A stretch of DNA of 25,053 nucleotides from the NCBI GenBank assembly GCA_011364925.1, contig RDOA01000052.1, positions 1 through 25,053 on the forward strand, given 5' to 3'. The DNA comes from Promethearchaeota archaeon (GTDB lineage Archaea; Asgardarchaeota; Lokiarchaeia; Sigyniarchaeales; SOKP01). Of the stretch, positions 8,487 through 17,487 are shown one piece after another (the stretch's first letter is position 1; each line of letters starts with the position of its first letter). The notes under the pieces were generated by a model. It was not told the DNA's origin. It made no database searches and saw nothing but the letters and a program-made list of their open reading frames with translations. The translations under genes and the position numbers were made by a program.

Positions 8487-11400
8487 TTATTTAGATTTGC
8501 TTTTAATAAATCGTATATTACTTTTTAGAACTTTTGTTATGGGAGATTTTTCTAAACCCCCTTGAACGAGTGTATCCAGCGCATCTTCATGATTTTTTAA
8601 AGCTTCCGCATAAGACTTCTGTTCTAAATAAGTTAATCCTAATCTATATTGGCTTTCAGCGATACCTTCAATTTCTTCTAGATCCTCGTATATCTTAAGA
8701 GCTTGGTTACATTTTTTCCAGGCGTCGGTGTATTTTCCTTCATTTAAGAATGCTAAACCTATATTATTCATGTATTTAGCGTTATTATGTCTGTCTTCGT
8801 TCCTCTCTGCGATCTGAGCTGCATCTTCAAAGCGCTTTAGTGCGACTGAATAATTTCCCTCATCCAGATATATCAAACCTATGTTGTTGAGACTTTCTGC
8901 TTTTCGGGTTAAATTCTTTATTTCATCATCGATTTTTATTGCTTCTTCAAAGGTTTTCAATGCATCGAGATTTTGTCCTTGATCTCTATAGATCATAGCA
9001 GTATTAAATAAATTCTCACCCCTCTCTTTCGATGGACCTAGTACCTTAAAGAGTTTTGTTCCACGATCGTACCACTTAAGGGCTTGATTGTATTCGCCTC
9101 GATCTTGATACACTAGCCCTATTTTATTTAGACAGAATGTCTTCCCAATTAAGTCACCAATCTGGTCGTAAATTTCAAGTGCTTCGTTGTAGCGTTTAAA
9201 GGCATCTTTATACACGCCTTGTTTGTGAAAGAGTACGCCAATTCTAGTAAGAATTCTAGCTGTCCTTTCTTCGTCGAAGATTTGTTCTGAAACTTTAAGA
9301 GCTTCATTGTTCCACTTAAGCGCTTCAGAATAATTATCTAATTCTTGATAAATTAAAGCTATACTTTCAAAACAATCAGCATTACCTTCTAAATTCTCAA
9401 TTTCGTCGAAAAGTCTATATGCCTCTTCGTACCACTTTAATGCTTCTTGATAATGATCCTGATCTCTAAAAATATCTCCAATTTTCCGTATAATCGTTGC
9501 TTGGTTGGTAAGATTGCCTATTTTCTCTTCTATTTCTAACGCTTCTTTATATCTGTTCAACACTTCAGTATATTTTTTGCGAACTAAAAAGATGTTACCT
9601 ATACATAAAAGCCGTTGGGCCTTTCCTTTCAAGTTTCCAAGTTGATCGTCAATAGTCATCGCTTCCTCGTACAGTTTTAAGGCTTCGAGAAAATTATCCT
9701 CATCGAAATAGATGTCTCCAATGCTTTGATAGATATCTGCTTTAATTTCCAAATTCCCTAAGCTCTCAGATACATAGATTGCTTCGTTGTATCTCCTTAC
9801 AGCTTCAGGATAATGCTTTTGTGCTTGATATATTTCGCCTATAATGTTAAGAATTTCAACTTGTTCCTCTAGATGTCCTAATTGATCCGCGATAAGTAAA
9901 GCTTCTTCGTAGCGTTTTAAGGCTTCAACGAAATCCCATTGTTCTCGGAAGATCTTACCTGAAATACTTAAACAAACGGACTTTTTGTGTAAATTTCCAA
10001 TTTGTTCAGAAATCTTAATCGCTTCTTCAAATTTCTCTAACGCTAAATCATCATTTCCAGTATAATGATTGTTTTGTCCAAGCAGATAAAGACTCTCTAT
10101 TTTCCCTTCCATATTATTTTCTTTCGTAAAAATTTCAAGGGCTTCTTCGAATCTCTGCATTGCTTGATCGTAATCTCCTTGATCTTGAAATATAACTCCG
10201 ACCATGTTTAGAAGTTCGGCCTTCTTTTCATCGGATCCAACTTTTTTAATAATGTCTAAAGCTTCTTTATATCTCCCTAAAGCGTCAGTTAAATTAGCTT
10301 GTTCAGCGTAATAATTTCCGATATTTTTCAAAGTTTCTGCAGTTCCATCAAGGTTTTCTGTTTCACTAAAAATTCGGAACGCTTCTTCAAAGTTGCTCAG
10401 AGATGCCGCGAAATCTCTTTGATCGAGATATAATTGACCAATAACCGTAAGAGTAGATGCTTGATTGTTTAAATCTTCAAGGTCTTCAAAAATTTCGTAA
10501 GCTTTTTCAAATTGTCTTAAAGCCTTTGGGTACGATCTCTGTTCCTTGTAGATTATGCCCATATTTGTCAATACGTCAACTTTTCCCTTCGTTTCTCCTG
10601 CTTGGTCGTAATATTTTATTGATTCTTCAAACCATTTTAATGCCTCAAAATGTTTATCTTGTTTCTGGAATATTGATCCAATCTGGTTTGAAAACTTAGC
10701 TTGTAGTGACACATTTCCCAATTTTTCAGCAATTTGAAAGCCTTCTTCGAAAAATTCAAACGCTTTAGGATAATTCCATTGATCTCTGTAAATGTTGCCT
10801 ATAGAATTAAGAGATTCAAGTTTACCTTCTACATTTTGTAGCAAGTCGTAAATTCTTAACGCTTCATTACATTTTTCTAAGCCGATTAGTGAATTTCCAG
10901 TCTCGTGAGATATTTGACCAATATAGTTGAGAATTTCGGCTCTATCTTCGAGATCTTCTAAGATCTCATTTATTTCCAGAGCATTTTTAAATTGAATCAA
11001 AGCGTCTTCGTAATTCTTCTTCGAATAGTAAATCTTTCCCTTGAGTTTATAGTTCATCGCTTTTTCGGAGAGATTCTCATACCTCTCGTTAAGTTTAATG
11101 GCTGATTCGAGGAATTTTAAAGCTTCTTCGTATTTTTCTTGATCATAGTGTATTATACCGAGTTGTTTTAGCATTTTAGATTTTTCATTAAAATCCTTTA
11201 GTTTTTCGTTCTCTTTAATGGCAAATTCGAAATTTTTAATCGCTTCTGTATAATTCTTTTGGGCTTGGTATGAAAGTCCTAAATACTTGAAAATTGATAC
11301 TACATGCGAAAATTTCTTGATTTTAATTTGAGCTGTTAAAGCTTTCCGTAGCCAATCAACTGCTGCTTTGTAATCCGATTGACTATAGTTGATAATGCCC

Positions 11401-12554
11401 ATTTCCATAAGAGCAATCGCTTTCCACTTATTATCGCTTGCTTCTTCGCTCAATCGAAAGATCCGCTCCAAACATCGCAACGCTTCAGTAAATTGTTTTG
11501 TTTCGTAATAAATTTTACTGGAAATATATAATTTAGTTAATTCGGATGGTTCACTAATGTTTGTTTTAAGCCAATCCATTAAATTAAATTCAAATTTCTC
11601 CTTAGCTGACTCTTCCTTAGGCTCTAAGAGTTTTTCAAGAAATTTAGGAGTGTTGATGTTCAGCCTGTAAACGTTAATCCTTTCGTTTAATCTCTTAATT
11701 TCAGAGAGCTGCTGATCCAATTCGTCTAGATCGCTTAGATCACTTGCTCTTGTTTTTTCAAATTCAAATAAATCTTCTTTAGTCTTACTATCTGACACAT
11801 GATTTATCCATATGAGATTTTTCAAGTCCTTCATAACTTTCATAGTCGACATCAGGTCATAATCATTCCTACCTGAGTATCCCAAAACTACCAAGGTCCT
11901 TTCCGCTGATGTTTTTTCTAAGAATTGGGCCTTATGAGGTTCCAATTGGATAATATTATTCCTTGATTGGTTTAATCCTATTAACTTTAAAGTATTTGCA
12001 AATGATTCTTTAGTATTTTCTCCTGTGATTATGTTTACTGGAGAACCGTGAATTTTATAAACAGGGAATTTACCGCTTCTATATAACTTTTCTGGATCGC
12101 TAAACTTCTCGTAATCCTTTTCCGTAATAACTGGTATAATTTTTTTTTTAGGGACATCAGATTGCAATAGAGCATACTCCAGGAGGAGATCGAAATTAGT
12201 TGTAATTAGAAAGTGCCCTTTTTTAATCATTTCAGCTAATACAAAATGCGCTAAGTTGGGTTTGTCACTTTCTTGATAAAAATCCAAAAATTTCACATCA
12301 TCTAATGATTCAAGAATAATCCCAGCTAAAATTTCAAACGGTAATTCCTGTACTTTCAAGATGTTATCTATTTCTGATTTAGAACAAGAAAATTTAATAA
12401 GAGCTTGAATCGTTTCGCTTGCAGCTGGTAATAGCGAAGGAGATTCGACCGAAGCTCCCGCACCTACTAAGAATGTAAGTTTTTCTTCTTCTGATATTAA
12501 TTCATTAATATTTAGATTAGATTTTTTAATAGAACTCAATTTATTCTCACCCAC
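8487..12554 (-). CDS. SIR2-like (SIR2_2) domain + long TPR array protein
   Basis: N-terminal FLVGAGAS, PNLAH, ITTNFD, KIHGS and VVLGYSG motifs of the SIR2_2 family. Residues 345-1344 are 25 consecutive 40-aa TPR-like units. Confidence 0.88.
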   Translation of the reverse strand: MGENKLSSIKKSNLNINELISEEEKLTFLVGAGASVESPSLLPAASETIQALIKFSCSKSEIDNILKVQELPFEILAGIILESLDDVKFLDFYQESDKPNLAHFVLAEMIKKGHFLITTNFDLLLEYALLQSDVPKKKIIPVITEKDYEKFSDPEKLYRSGKFPVYKIHGSPVNIITGENTKESFANTLKLIGLNQSRNNIIQLEPHKAQFLEKTSAERTLVVLGYSGRNDYDLMSTMKVMKDLKNLIWINHVSDSKTKEDLFEFEKTRASDLSDLDELDQQLSEIKRLNERINVYRLNINTPKFLEKLLEPKEESAKEKFEFNLMDWLKTNISEPSELTKLYISSKIYYETKQFTEALRCLERIFRLSEEASDNKWKAIALMEMGIINYSQSDYKAAVDWLRKALTAQIKIKKFSHVVSIFKYLGLSYQAQKNYTEAIKNFEFAIKENEKLKDFNEKSKMLKQLGIIHYDQEKYEEALKFLESAIKLNERYENLSEKAMNYKLKGKIYYSKKNYEDALIQFKNALEINEILEDLEDRAEILNYIGQISHETGNSLIGLEKCNEALRIYDLLQNVEGKLESLNSIGNIYRDQWNYPKAFEFFEEGFQIAEKLGNVSLQAKFSNQIGSIFQKQDKHFEALKWFEESIKYYDQAGETKGKVDVLTNMGIIYKEQRSYPKALRQFEKAYEIFEDLEDLNNQASTLTVIGQLYLDQRDFAASLSNFEEAFRIFSETENLDGTAETLKNIGNYYAEQANLTDALGRYKEALDIIKKVGSDEKKAELLNMVGVIFQDQGDYDQAMQRFEEALEIFTKENNMEGKIESLYLLGQNNHYTGNDDLALEKFEEAIKISEQIGNLHKKSVCLSISGKIFREQWDFVEALKRYEEALLIADQLGHLEEQVEILNIIGEIYQAQKHYPEAVRRYNEAIYVSESLGNLEIKADIYQSIGDIYFDEDNFLEALKLYEEAMTIDDQLGNLKGKAQRLLCIGNIFLVRKKYTEVLNRYKEALEIEEKIGNLTNQATIIRKIGDIFRDQDHYQEALKWYEEAYRLFDEIENLEGNADCFESIALIYQELDNYSEALKWNNEALKVSEQIFDEERTARILTRIGVLFHKQGVYKDAFKRYNEALEIYDQIGDLIGKTFCLNKIGLVYQDRGEYNQALKWYDRGTKLFKVLGPSKERGENLFNTAMIYRDQGQNLDALKTFEEAIKIDDEIKNLTRKAESLNNIGLIYLDEGNYSVALKRFEDAAQIAERNEDRHNNAKYMNNIGLAFLNEGKYTDAWKKCNQALKIYEDLEEIEGIAESQYRLGLTYLEQKSYAEALKNHEDALDTLVQGGLEKSPITKVLKSNIRFIKSKSK
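8523..11522 (-). repeat. 25 x 120-nt (40-aa) degenerate TPR coding repeats
   Basis: Consensus approximately IGxIYxxQxxYxEALKxYEEALxIxExLGNLxGKAxxLNx. Counted by hand: 25 units with no indels. Confidence 0.9.
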
Positions 12555-12650
12555 ACTAAAAAATGTCTGTAGTAAGATTATTATTTCTTGATCGTTTTAA
12601 AAAATTTTGCCTTATTAAAAATATAATTTAAGATAAATCCACTAATAATT

Positions 12651-13460
12651 TCAAAAGAAAAATTTCTCCATTTCCTCGTTCATTTTTTCAGCGTAATCCT
12701 CTTGTAAAGAATCGTGAGTCATGTTTTCAATAACTGCGAGATCTAAATATTCTACTTTTTTTTGAATGAAGTTTTTGATTTCGTCAATAGGAGTAAGTTT
12801 GTCCTTATCTCCAATTATGATTTTTAGCTTTTTAAAGTTCAGTTTAGTGATTATCTTTCTAATTTGATATTCTTCATTTTTTAACTCGTTAACTGTCAGT
12901 TCAACGAAACTATCAACATTTTCTATGCCATTTACATATCCTGGAAGAAAACGATTAAGGTATTGCAACGATCTCTTGAAATCGATGTGATTTACATGCC
13001 GTTCTAAATCAACAATCGGACTTAACAATAATAACCGGTTAATAATTTTGATTTTTGAACAAAGGATAAACGCAATATAAGCCCCAAAATCATGAGCTAT
13101 AATGTTTATGTTAGTTAAATCGAATACATTCTTCTGCGACATTAAATATACAAATTCTATAACTTTAACAGAATCTGCTACTTGGGACGAGATTGATATT
13201 CTACCCTCGGTAAAACGATATCCTCTGAAATTGAAAGCTAAAAACGCGTAACCGTTATCTAAAAAAAATTGGTATGGTTTTATGATTTCTTCTAAAGGGT
13301 TTATTTGGGGAAAGTCGTGGAAAAAAATTACTAATGAGTATGGTTCTTGAAAGGGCTTGGGTGGAAAATAAAGTATACCTCTAAAAATTTGATTTTCGAT
13401 ATTAAACTCGACCTCAGAGACCTCGTACGATCCATCATATTGCTTTTCTTTAAATTCCAT
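12651..13460 (-). CDS. Alpha/beta hydrolase fold protein with atypical Asp at the nucleophile elbow
   Basis: LVIFFHDFP, AFNFRG, elbow AHDFGAY, acid GDKDKLTP and His in NMTHD. Confidence 0.8.
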   Translation of the reverse strand: MEFKEKQYDGSYEVSEVEFNIENQIFRGILYFPPKPFQEPYSLVIFFHDFPQINPLEEIIKPYQFFLDNGYAFLAFNFRGYRFTEGRISISSQVADSVKVIEFVYLMSQKNVFDLTNINIIAHDFGAYIAFILCSKIKIINRLLLLSPIVDLERHVNHIDFKRSLQYLNRFLPGYVNGIENVDSFVELTVNELKNEEYQIRKIITKLNFKKLKIIIGDKDKLTPIDEIKNFIQKKVEYLDLAVIENMTHDSLQEDYAEKMNEEMEKFFF

Positions 13461-13560
13461 CGATTATTTCTCTTAAGATGATTCAATAAGAAATTTTATC
13501 TAATTTAATTAATTCAATCAGATATTAGAATAATATCATTCACAAGAAGCTTAAACTAAA

Positions 13561-14421
13561 ATGCGATACGAAGATTGGCACACTCATAACTCGTTATGCA
13601 AACACGCAATTGGTTCCATTGAAGATTATGTCAAACAAGCTATCAAATTTAAGTTAAATGTTATAGGAATTAGCGATCATTTCCCCTACGAATATTTAGC
13701 TTCGTATATTCCTTCACTTGATCAAATTCCTTACGAACGTTACGCAATGTCCTTAAACGAATTGAATATTTATGTTACCCAGCTAAACCAAGTTCGAAAT
13801 AAGTACGAAAATCAGATAAAAGTTAGATTTGGTTTCGAACTTGATTATTTCAAAGACATGGATGAGGTTCTTAACAACTATCTTGATAGTTTTAAAGAAA
13901 AGATGGATTATCTCTATGGTTCTGTTCATGTTTTATTTGGGAAAGCGGGAATCTTTGCTTTTGATGATAGTCGCTTTTTAAATAAGTACGAGGAATACAC
14001 CGTTAACGACGAGGTATACTTAGAATTCTATACTGCTCTTCAAAATATGATAGCTTCTCCAGCTTTTGATTTTGACATTATAACTCACTTCGATCTTCCG
14101 AAAAAATTTGATAAAAGAGTTGAAGATAAAACCCTTGTGTTGGACAAAGTGATTGAAACCTTGGAATTAGCAAAGAAAAGCGACCTAACGATCGAAATTA
14201 ATACAAGCGGTTTAAGAAAACAAGCAAAAGAACAATACCCTAGCGAAGATATCATTAAAGAAATGTATGCTCTAGACATTCCCATTCTTTTAGGTTCAGA
14301 CGCTCACAATCCAGAAGAGATAGCTTTCAAATTCAAAGAAATTACTGCTTTAGTAAAGAGTATTGGGTATAATCAACTTGCTCATTTTAAGGAAAGAAAA
14401 AGGTCGTTTATTGAAATTTAG
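13561..14421 (+). CDS. hisK: PHP-family histidinol-phosphatase (HisJ/HisK type)
   Basis: DWHTH..LCKHA, ISDH, GFELD, GSVH, THFDLPKK, EINTSGLRK and GSDAH motifs. Confidence 0.85.
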   Translation: MRYEDWHTHNSLCKHAIGSIEDYVKQAIKFKLNVIGISDHFPYEYLASYIPSLDQIPYERYAMSLNELNIYVTQLNQVRNKYENQIKVRFGFELDYFKDMDEVLNNYLDSFKEKMDYLYGSVHVLFGKAGIFAFDDSRFLNKYEEYTVNDEVYLEFYTALQNMIASPAFDFDIITHFDLPKKFDKRVEDKTLVLDKVIETLELAKKSDLTIEINTSGLRKQAKEQYPSEDIIKEMYALDIPILLGSDAHNPEEIAFKFKEITALVKSIGYNQLAHFKERKRSFIEI

Positions 14422-14448
14422 CCTAAGAATGAAAATAGAAGAACTTGC

Positions 14449-15330
14449 TCAATCTAATTTTCGAGCGCGTAGCCACCCTTCCATAACTAAACTTCGCAAC
14501 AGTCGCATGTGCTTTGGGTCCTTTGTATAAAGCACTAAGTTATTGTTCTCTCTACTTCCGACGATCGCAAACAATAATTCTTCTCCGTCCCGTTCTATTA
14601 AGAAGCGATCGCGATCTTCGTAGAGTCGAATCGTAATGTTGTCCAAGCTTTCTAATTCTTCTAGAAGTTCTGCATCTTCTTCAAGGCTTGGATCAATATT
14701 ACACATTATCTTCATATTAACAGCAGCTCTTACCTCGTAGAGATGCAAATCTTGTAGATCATTAATGTCAAGAACTGCTATTGTAACGTTATGAATAGCA
14801 TTTCCTAAGATTTCTCTGATCTTTTTCAAAATCTCTTCCTTAGGGATTTCTCTAAATGTAGAATCAATAATTTTTGCTTCAGACTGGGAAGCAAGGTTAT
14901 TCCGTAGCTTCTCATTTTCATCCATTAACGCGTCGAGATCTTCATCAGCTTTTTCCAATTCTCCAGTTAACAATGCGAGTTTCTTTTGACATTCTTCCAA
15001 TTCTTCTTCTATTTCCTCTAAACGTTTTTTATTGACTGTAGAAGCTTTCAATTCTTTTAGTTCTTCTTCTATCAAGCTAATAGAAGTCTCTAACGCATTA
15101 ATTTTCTGGTCTTTGATTTCTAATGACTTGTTTAGCGTGTCAATTGTTTGCTCTTTTAAATTCATTGAATCAATCAATGTTTCAATTTGATCATCTTTCA
15201 GTTTTAGAGATGTGGTTAAATTATTTATTAATTCCTCTTTAGTAGTCACTATAAGACGTAAATTCTCAATTTCTTTGATAGCTTTTGTTAATTCCTCTCG
15301 CACCTGTTGAATCAGTTCCTCGTCTCCCAT
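14449..15330 (-). CDS. Coiled-coil protein with C-terminal globular (PLD/TrmB-like, no HKD motif) domain
   Basis: About 150-aa heptad region including four 14-aa repeats, followed by an alpha/beta domain ending EGWLRARKL. ATG at 15330 preferred over TTG at 15345. The fold call is tentative. Confidence 0.65.
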   Translation of the reverse strand: MGDEELIQQVREELTKAIKEIENLRLIVTTKEELINNLTTSLKLKDDQIETLIDSMNLKEQTIDTLNKSLEIKDQKINALETSISLIEEELKELKASTVNKKRLEEIEEELEECQKKLALLTGELEKADEDLDALMDENEKLRNNLASQSEAKIIDSTFREIPKEEILKKIREILGNAIHNVTIAVLDINDLQDLHLYEVRAAVNMKIMCNIDPSLEEDAELLEELESLDNITIRLYEDRDRFLIERDGEELLFAIVGSRENNNLVLYTKDPKHMRLLRSLVMEGWLRARKLD

Positions 15331-15463
15331 CTTACATTCTCTCAAACAATTAGAATTTCTAATATATTTTATGAATAATAATAAAAGAAGTTCTTTATAA
15401 TTTTAAGGTAAAAAACGATCTAAAGATGGAATCTTTAAATTATAGTAGTATTATTATATTCTC

Positions 15464-16201
15464 ATGTCTAAAGAAGACGATTTGAAACAGGTAAACCTTG
15501 AGCTAGCAGAACTATTAAATAAAGAAATTAAAGACCAGAATTGCATTCTTGGCATCTCCATCTCGACTCACGGCGGAACGCACATCGTAAGCGAGTTAAA
15601 GGAGGACATCAAAATGACAAAAACAGAAATCGCCGCTGCGAGTAGTAGTTTAGTGTTTCTCTCGTCTAAAATGCTAAACGATTCGTTACAACAAAAAAGT
15701 TCGTATACATTAATTACCGGGAAAAAACGGATTATTCTCACTATCCTAACAGATTACATGGCCCTTATCTCCTACCTAGACAGGGAATTAGCAGAACTTG
15801 AAGGAGTAGACTATTACATCCGCACATTAAGAAAGCTCGCTATAAAAATGTCAGCAATCATAGAAACGAGCGACCTTATCAAAGAAGAGATTTTTGTGGC
15901 GTTAAAAAGAGCAATCCCTAACGCTCTAGTAATCGCTATTATTACAAAAGACGGATTACCCATCAAAGTCCAATCAACTATGCCGGAGCCTATTTTATCG
16001 GCAATGACCTCTGCGATTTATAATTTAGCAAGTGTTTTATTAGACGGAGGTTTAGAATTCTCTATAATTGGAGGAGAGCATGGTTCAATTATTATCCACG
16101 AACTAGACGAAAGCAGGATACTTGCAATCGCTGTCTCCGAAGGCGACGAAAAGATTCTTAGAAGCCACATCGCTAAAATCAAATCCATCATAAAACAATA
16201 G
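15464..16201 (+). CDS. Tandem Roadblock/LC7 (MglB-like) domain protein
   Basis: Two Roadblock units: ILGISISTHGGTHI...EIAAASSSL and LVIAIITKDGLPI...ILSAMTSAI...IIGGEHGSIII. Confidence 0.85.
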   Translation: MSKEDDLKQVNLELAELLNKEIKDQNCILGISISTHGGTHIVSELKEDIKMTKTEIAAASSSLVFLSSKMLNDSLQQKSSYTLITGKKRIILTILTDYMALISYLDRELAELEGVDYYIRTLRKLAIKMSAIIETSDLIKEEIFVALKRAIPNALVIAIITKDGLPIKVQSTMPEPILSAMTSAIYNLASVLLDGGLEFSIIGGEHGSIIIHELDESRILAIAVSEGDEKILRSHIAKIKSIIKQ

Positions 16202-16209
16202 GTTTTTGC

Positions 16210-17457
16210 TTAATCTATTAACCTGTTTATTTTTTCTACTACTTCTAAAGCACCTAGATACGATTTAGAAGAAGTCGCTGCCTTAAATAAAACTGTGCAT
16301 ACTGGTTCGCTTTTAGCAATATTTTTTACTGGCTCTGACTTATCGTGAACATGTTCCAGAGCGTTTATATCGTTTATTAAGGATTGATGGATTTCTTTTG
16401 GAGCGAAATAAATCATTTTAGTAGCGAATCCATCGAACTTTGCATTCTTTAGAGTTTCTCTCACATAGTCCCATCCTTCTTTCGAAAAACTCTTTACATG
16501 TAAATCTAACAAGTTAAGGTTCATTGCCTCTTCAGAGACCCTAATCGATCCAGGAATGCGGGGATTAATCTCCATTAAATATGGATATTCGTCTTTCACC
16601 ACAAAATCAAACCCGTTAATTCCCTTTAAACTCAACTCTGTTGATAACATCAACGATATATCTATTATTAACCTCTGTACTTCTTCGGTTAGGTTCGCAG
16701 GAACTATGTTACCACAATACATAAACTCTTTCGGAGAATTGAGAGCCTTCTCTCCAACTAGTTGGTTATTTATCGATATCACTTCGCTTTCAATTCCGTT
16801 AGATATCGTCGTGCAACTAACCGGATTACCCTTGATGTATTCTTGCATAAGCCAGTTATTTGGATCGAAGGTTTCACTATTAAGTACGTTTAATCTAAAC
16901 GAGAGATCAGATTTATTTTGTATTTTGTAAATATTAATCCCGCCAGAACCGCTCCTCTTCTTTAACACAAATGGATATTCTAACTCATCAGCAATAAATT
17001 GAACTTCTTCGAAAGGAAGCGTTCTCGGAACCTTAAAGCCATTATCCATTAATGTTTTAAAAATATATATAATATTGCGGCTTTTTTTGATCGCTTCTAA
17101 ATTATTGTTTAGGTTAAGAATACTGTACTTATTTCGCTTTATCTCGTTCATTACGTGAGTTCTTTCTTCTAATGCGTCGTCTAAGCCACTTCCAATAACC
17201 AGATATTTGATATCAGGGTATTTCTCTAACAGTTCTAAAATTAGTAAAGGGAGATACTCGCTATAATCAGTTTTGATCAAATCATAGCTGGATTTTAGCT
17301 TTTTAGTAAGGATCAAGCAGTCTTTTACATAAGGATAAAGGTCTAAATCGCCAAAAAAGTCGACAGCATATACCTCGTATCCCGCTCTGGTTAAAGAATA
17401 TGCTAATGGTCGCGTGTTAAAGCCAGCTACTAAAACAGACTCTTCTCTACTATTCAT
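16210..17457 (-). CDS. ATP-grasp family ligase (COG2232-like)
   Basis: N-terminal VAGFNTRPLAYS...AVDFFGDLD; ATP-grasp motifs KKRSGSGG, QEYIKG, GFDF and EINPR. Confidence 0.85.
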   Translation of the reverse strand: MNSREESVLVAGFNTRPLAYSLTRAGYEVYAVDFFGDLDLYPYVKDCLILTKKLKSSYDLIKTDYSEYLPLLILELLEKYPDIKYLVIGSGLDDALEERTHVMNEIKRNKYSILNLNNNLEAIKKSRNIIYIFKTLMDNGFKVPRTLPFEEVQFIADELEYPFVLKKRSGSGGINIYKIQNKSDLSFRLNVLNSETFDPNNWLMQEYIKGNPVSCTTISNGIESEVISINNQLVGEKALNSPKEFMYCGNIVPANLTEEVQRLIIDISLMLSTELSLKGINGFDFVVKDEYPYLMEINPRIPGSIRVSEEAMNLNLLDLHVKSFSKEGWDYVRETLKNAKFDGFATKMIYFAPKEIHQSLINDINALEHVHDKSEPVKNIAKSEPVCTVLFKAATSSKSYLGALEVVEKINRLID

Positions 17458-17487
17458 TAATTAAATGATAAGAAGTTAATTTTGAAC

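Noticed and set aside
8523-11522. 120-nt periodicity as a CRISPR array or non-coding repeat
   Set aside because: The repeats are degenerate at the DNA level and fully explained by in-frame TPR coding.
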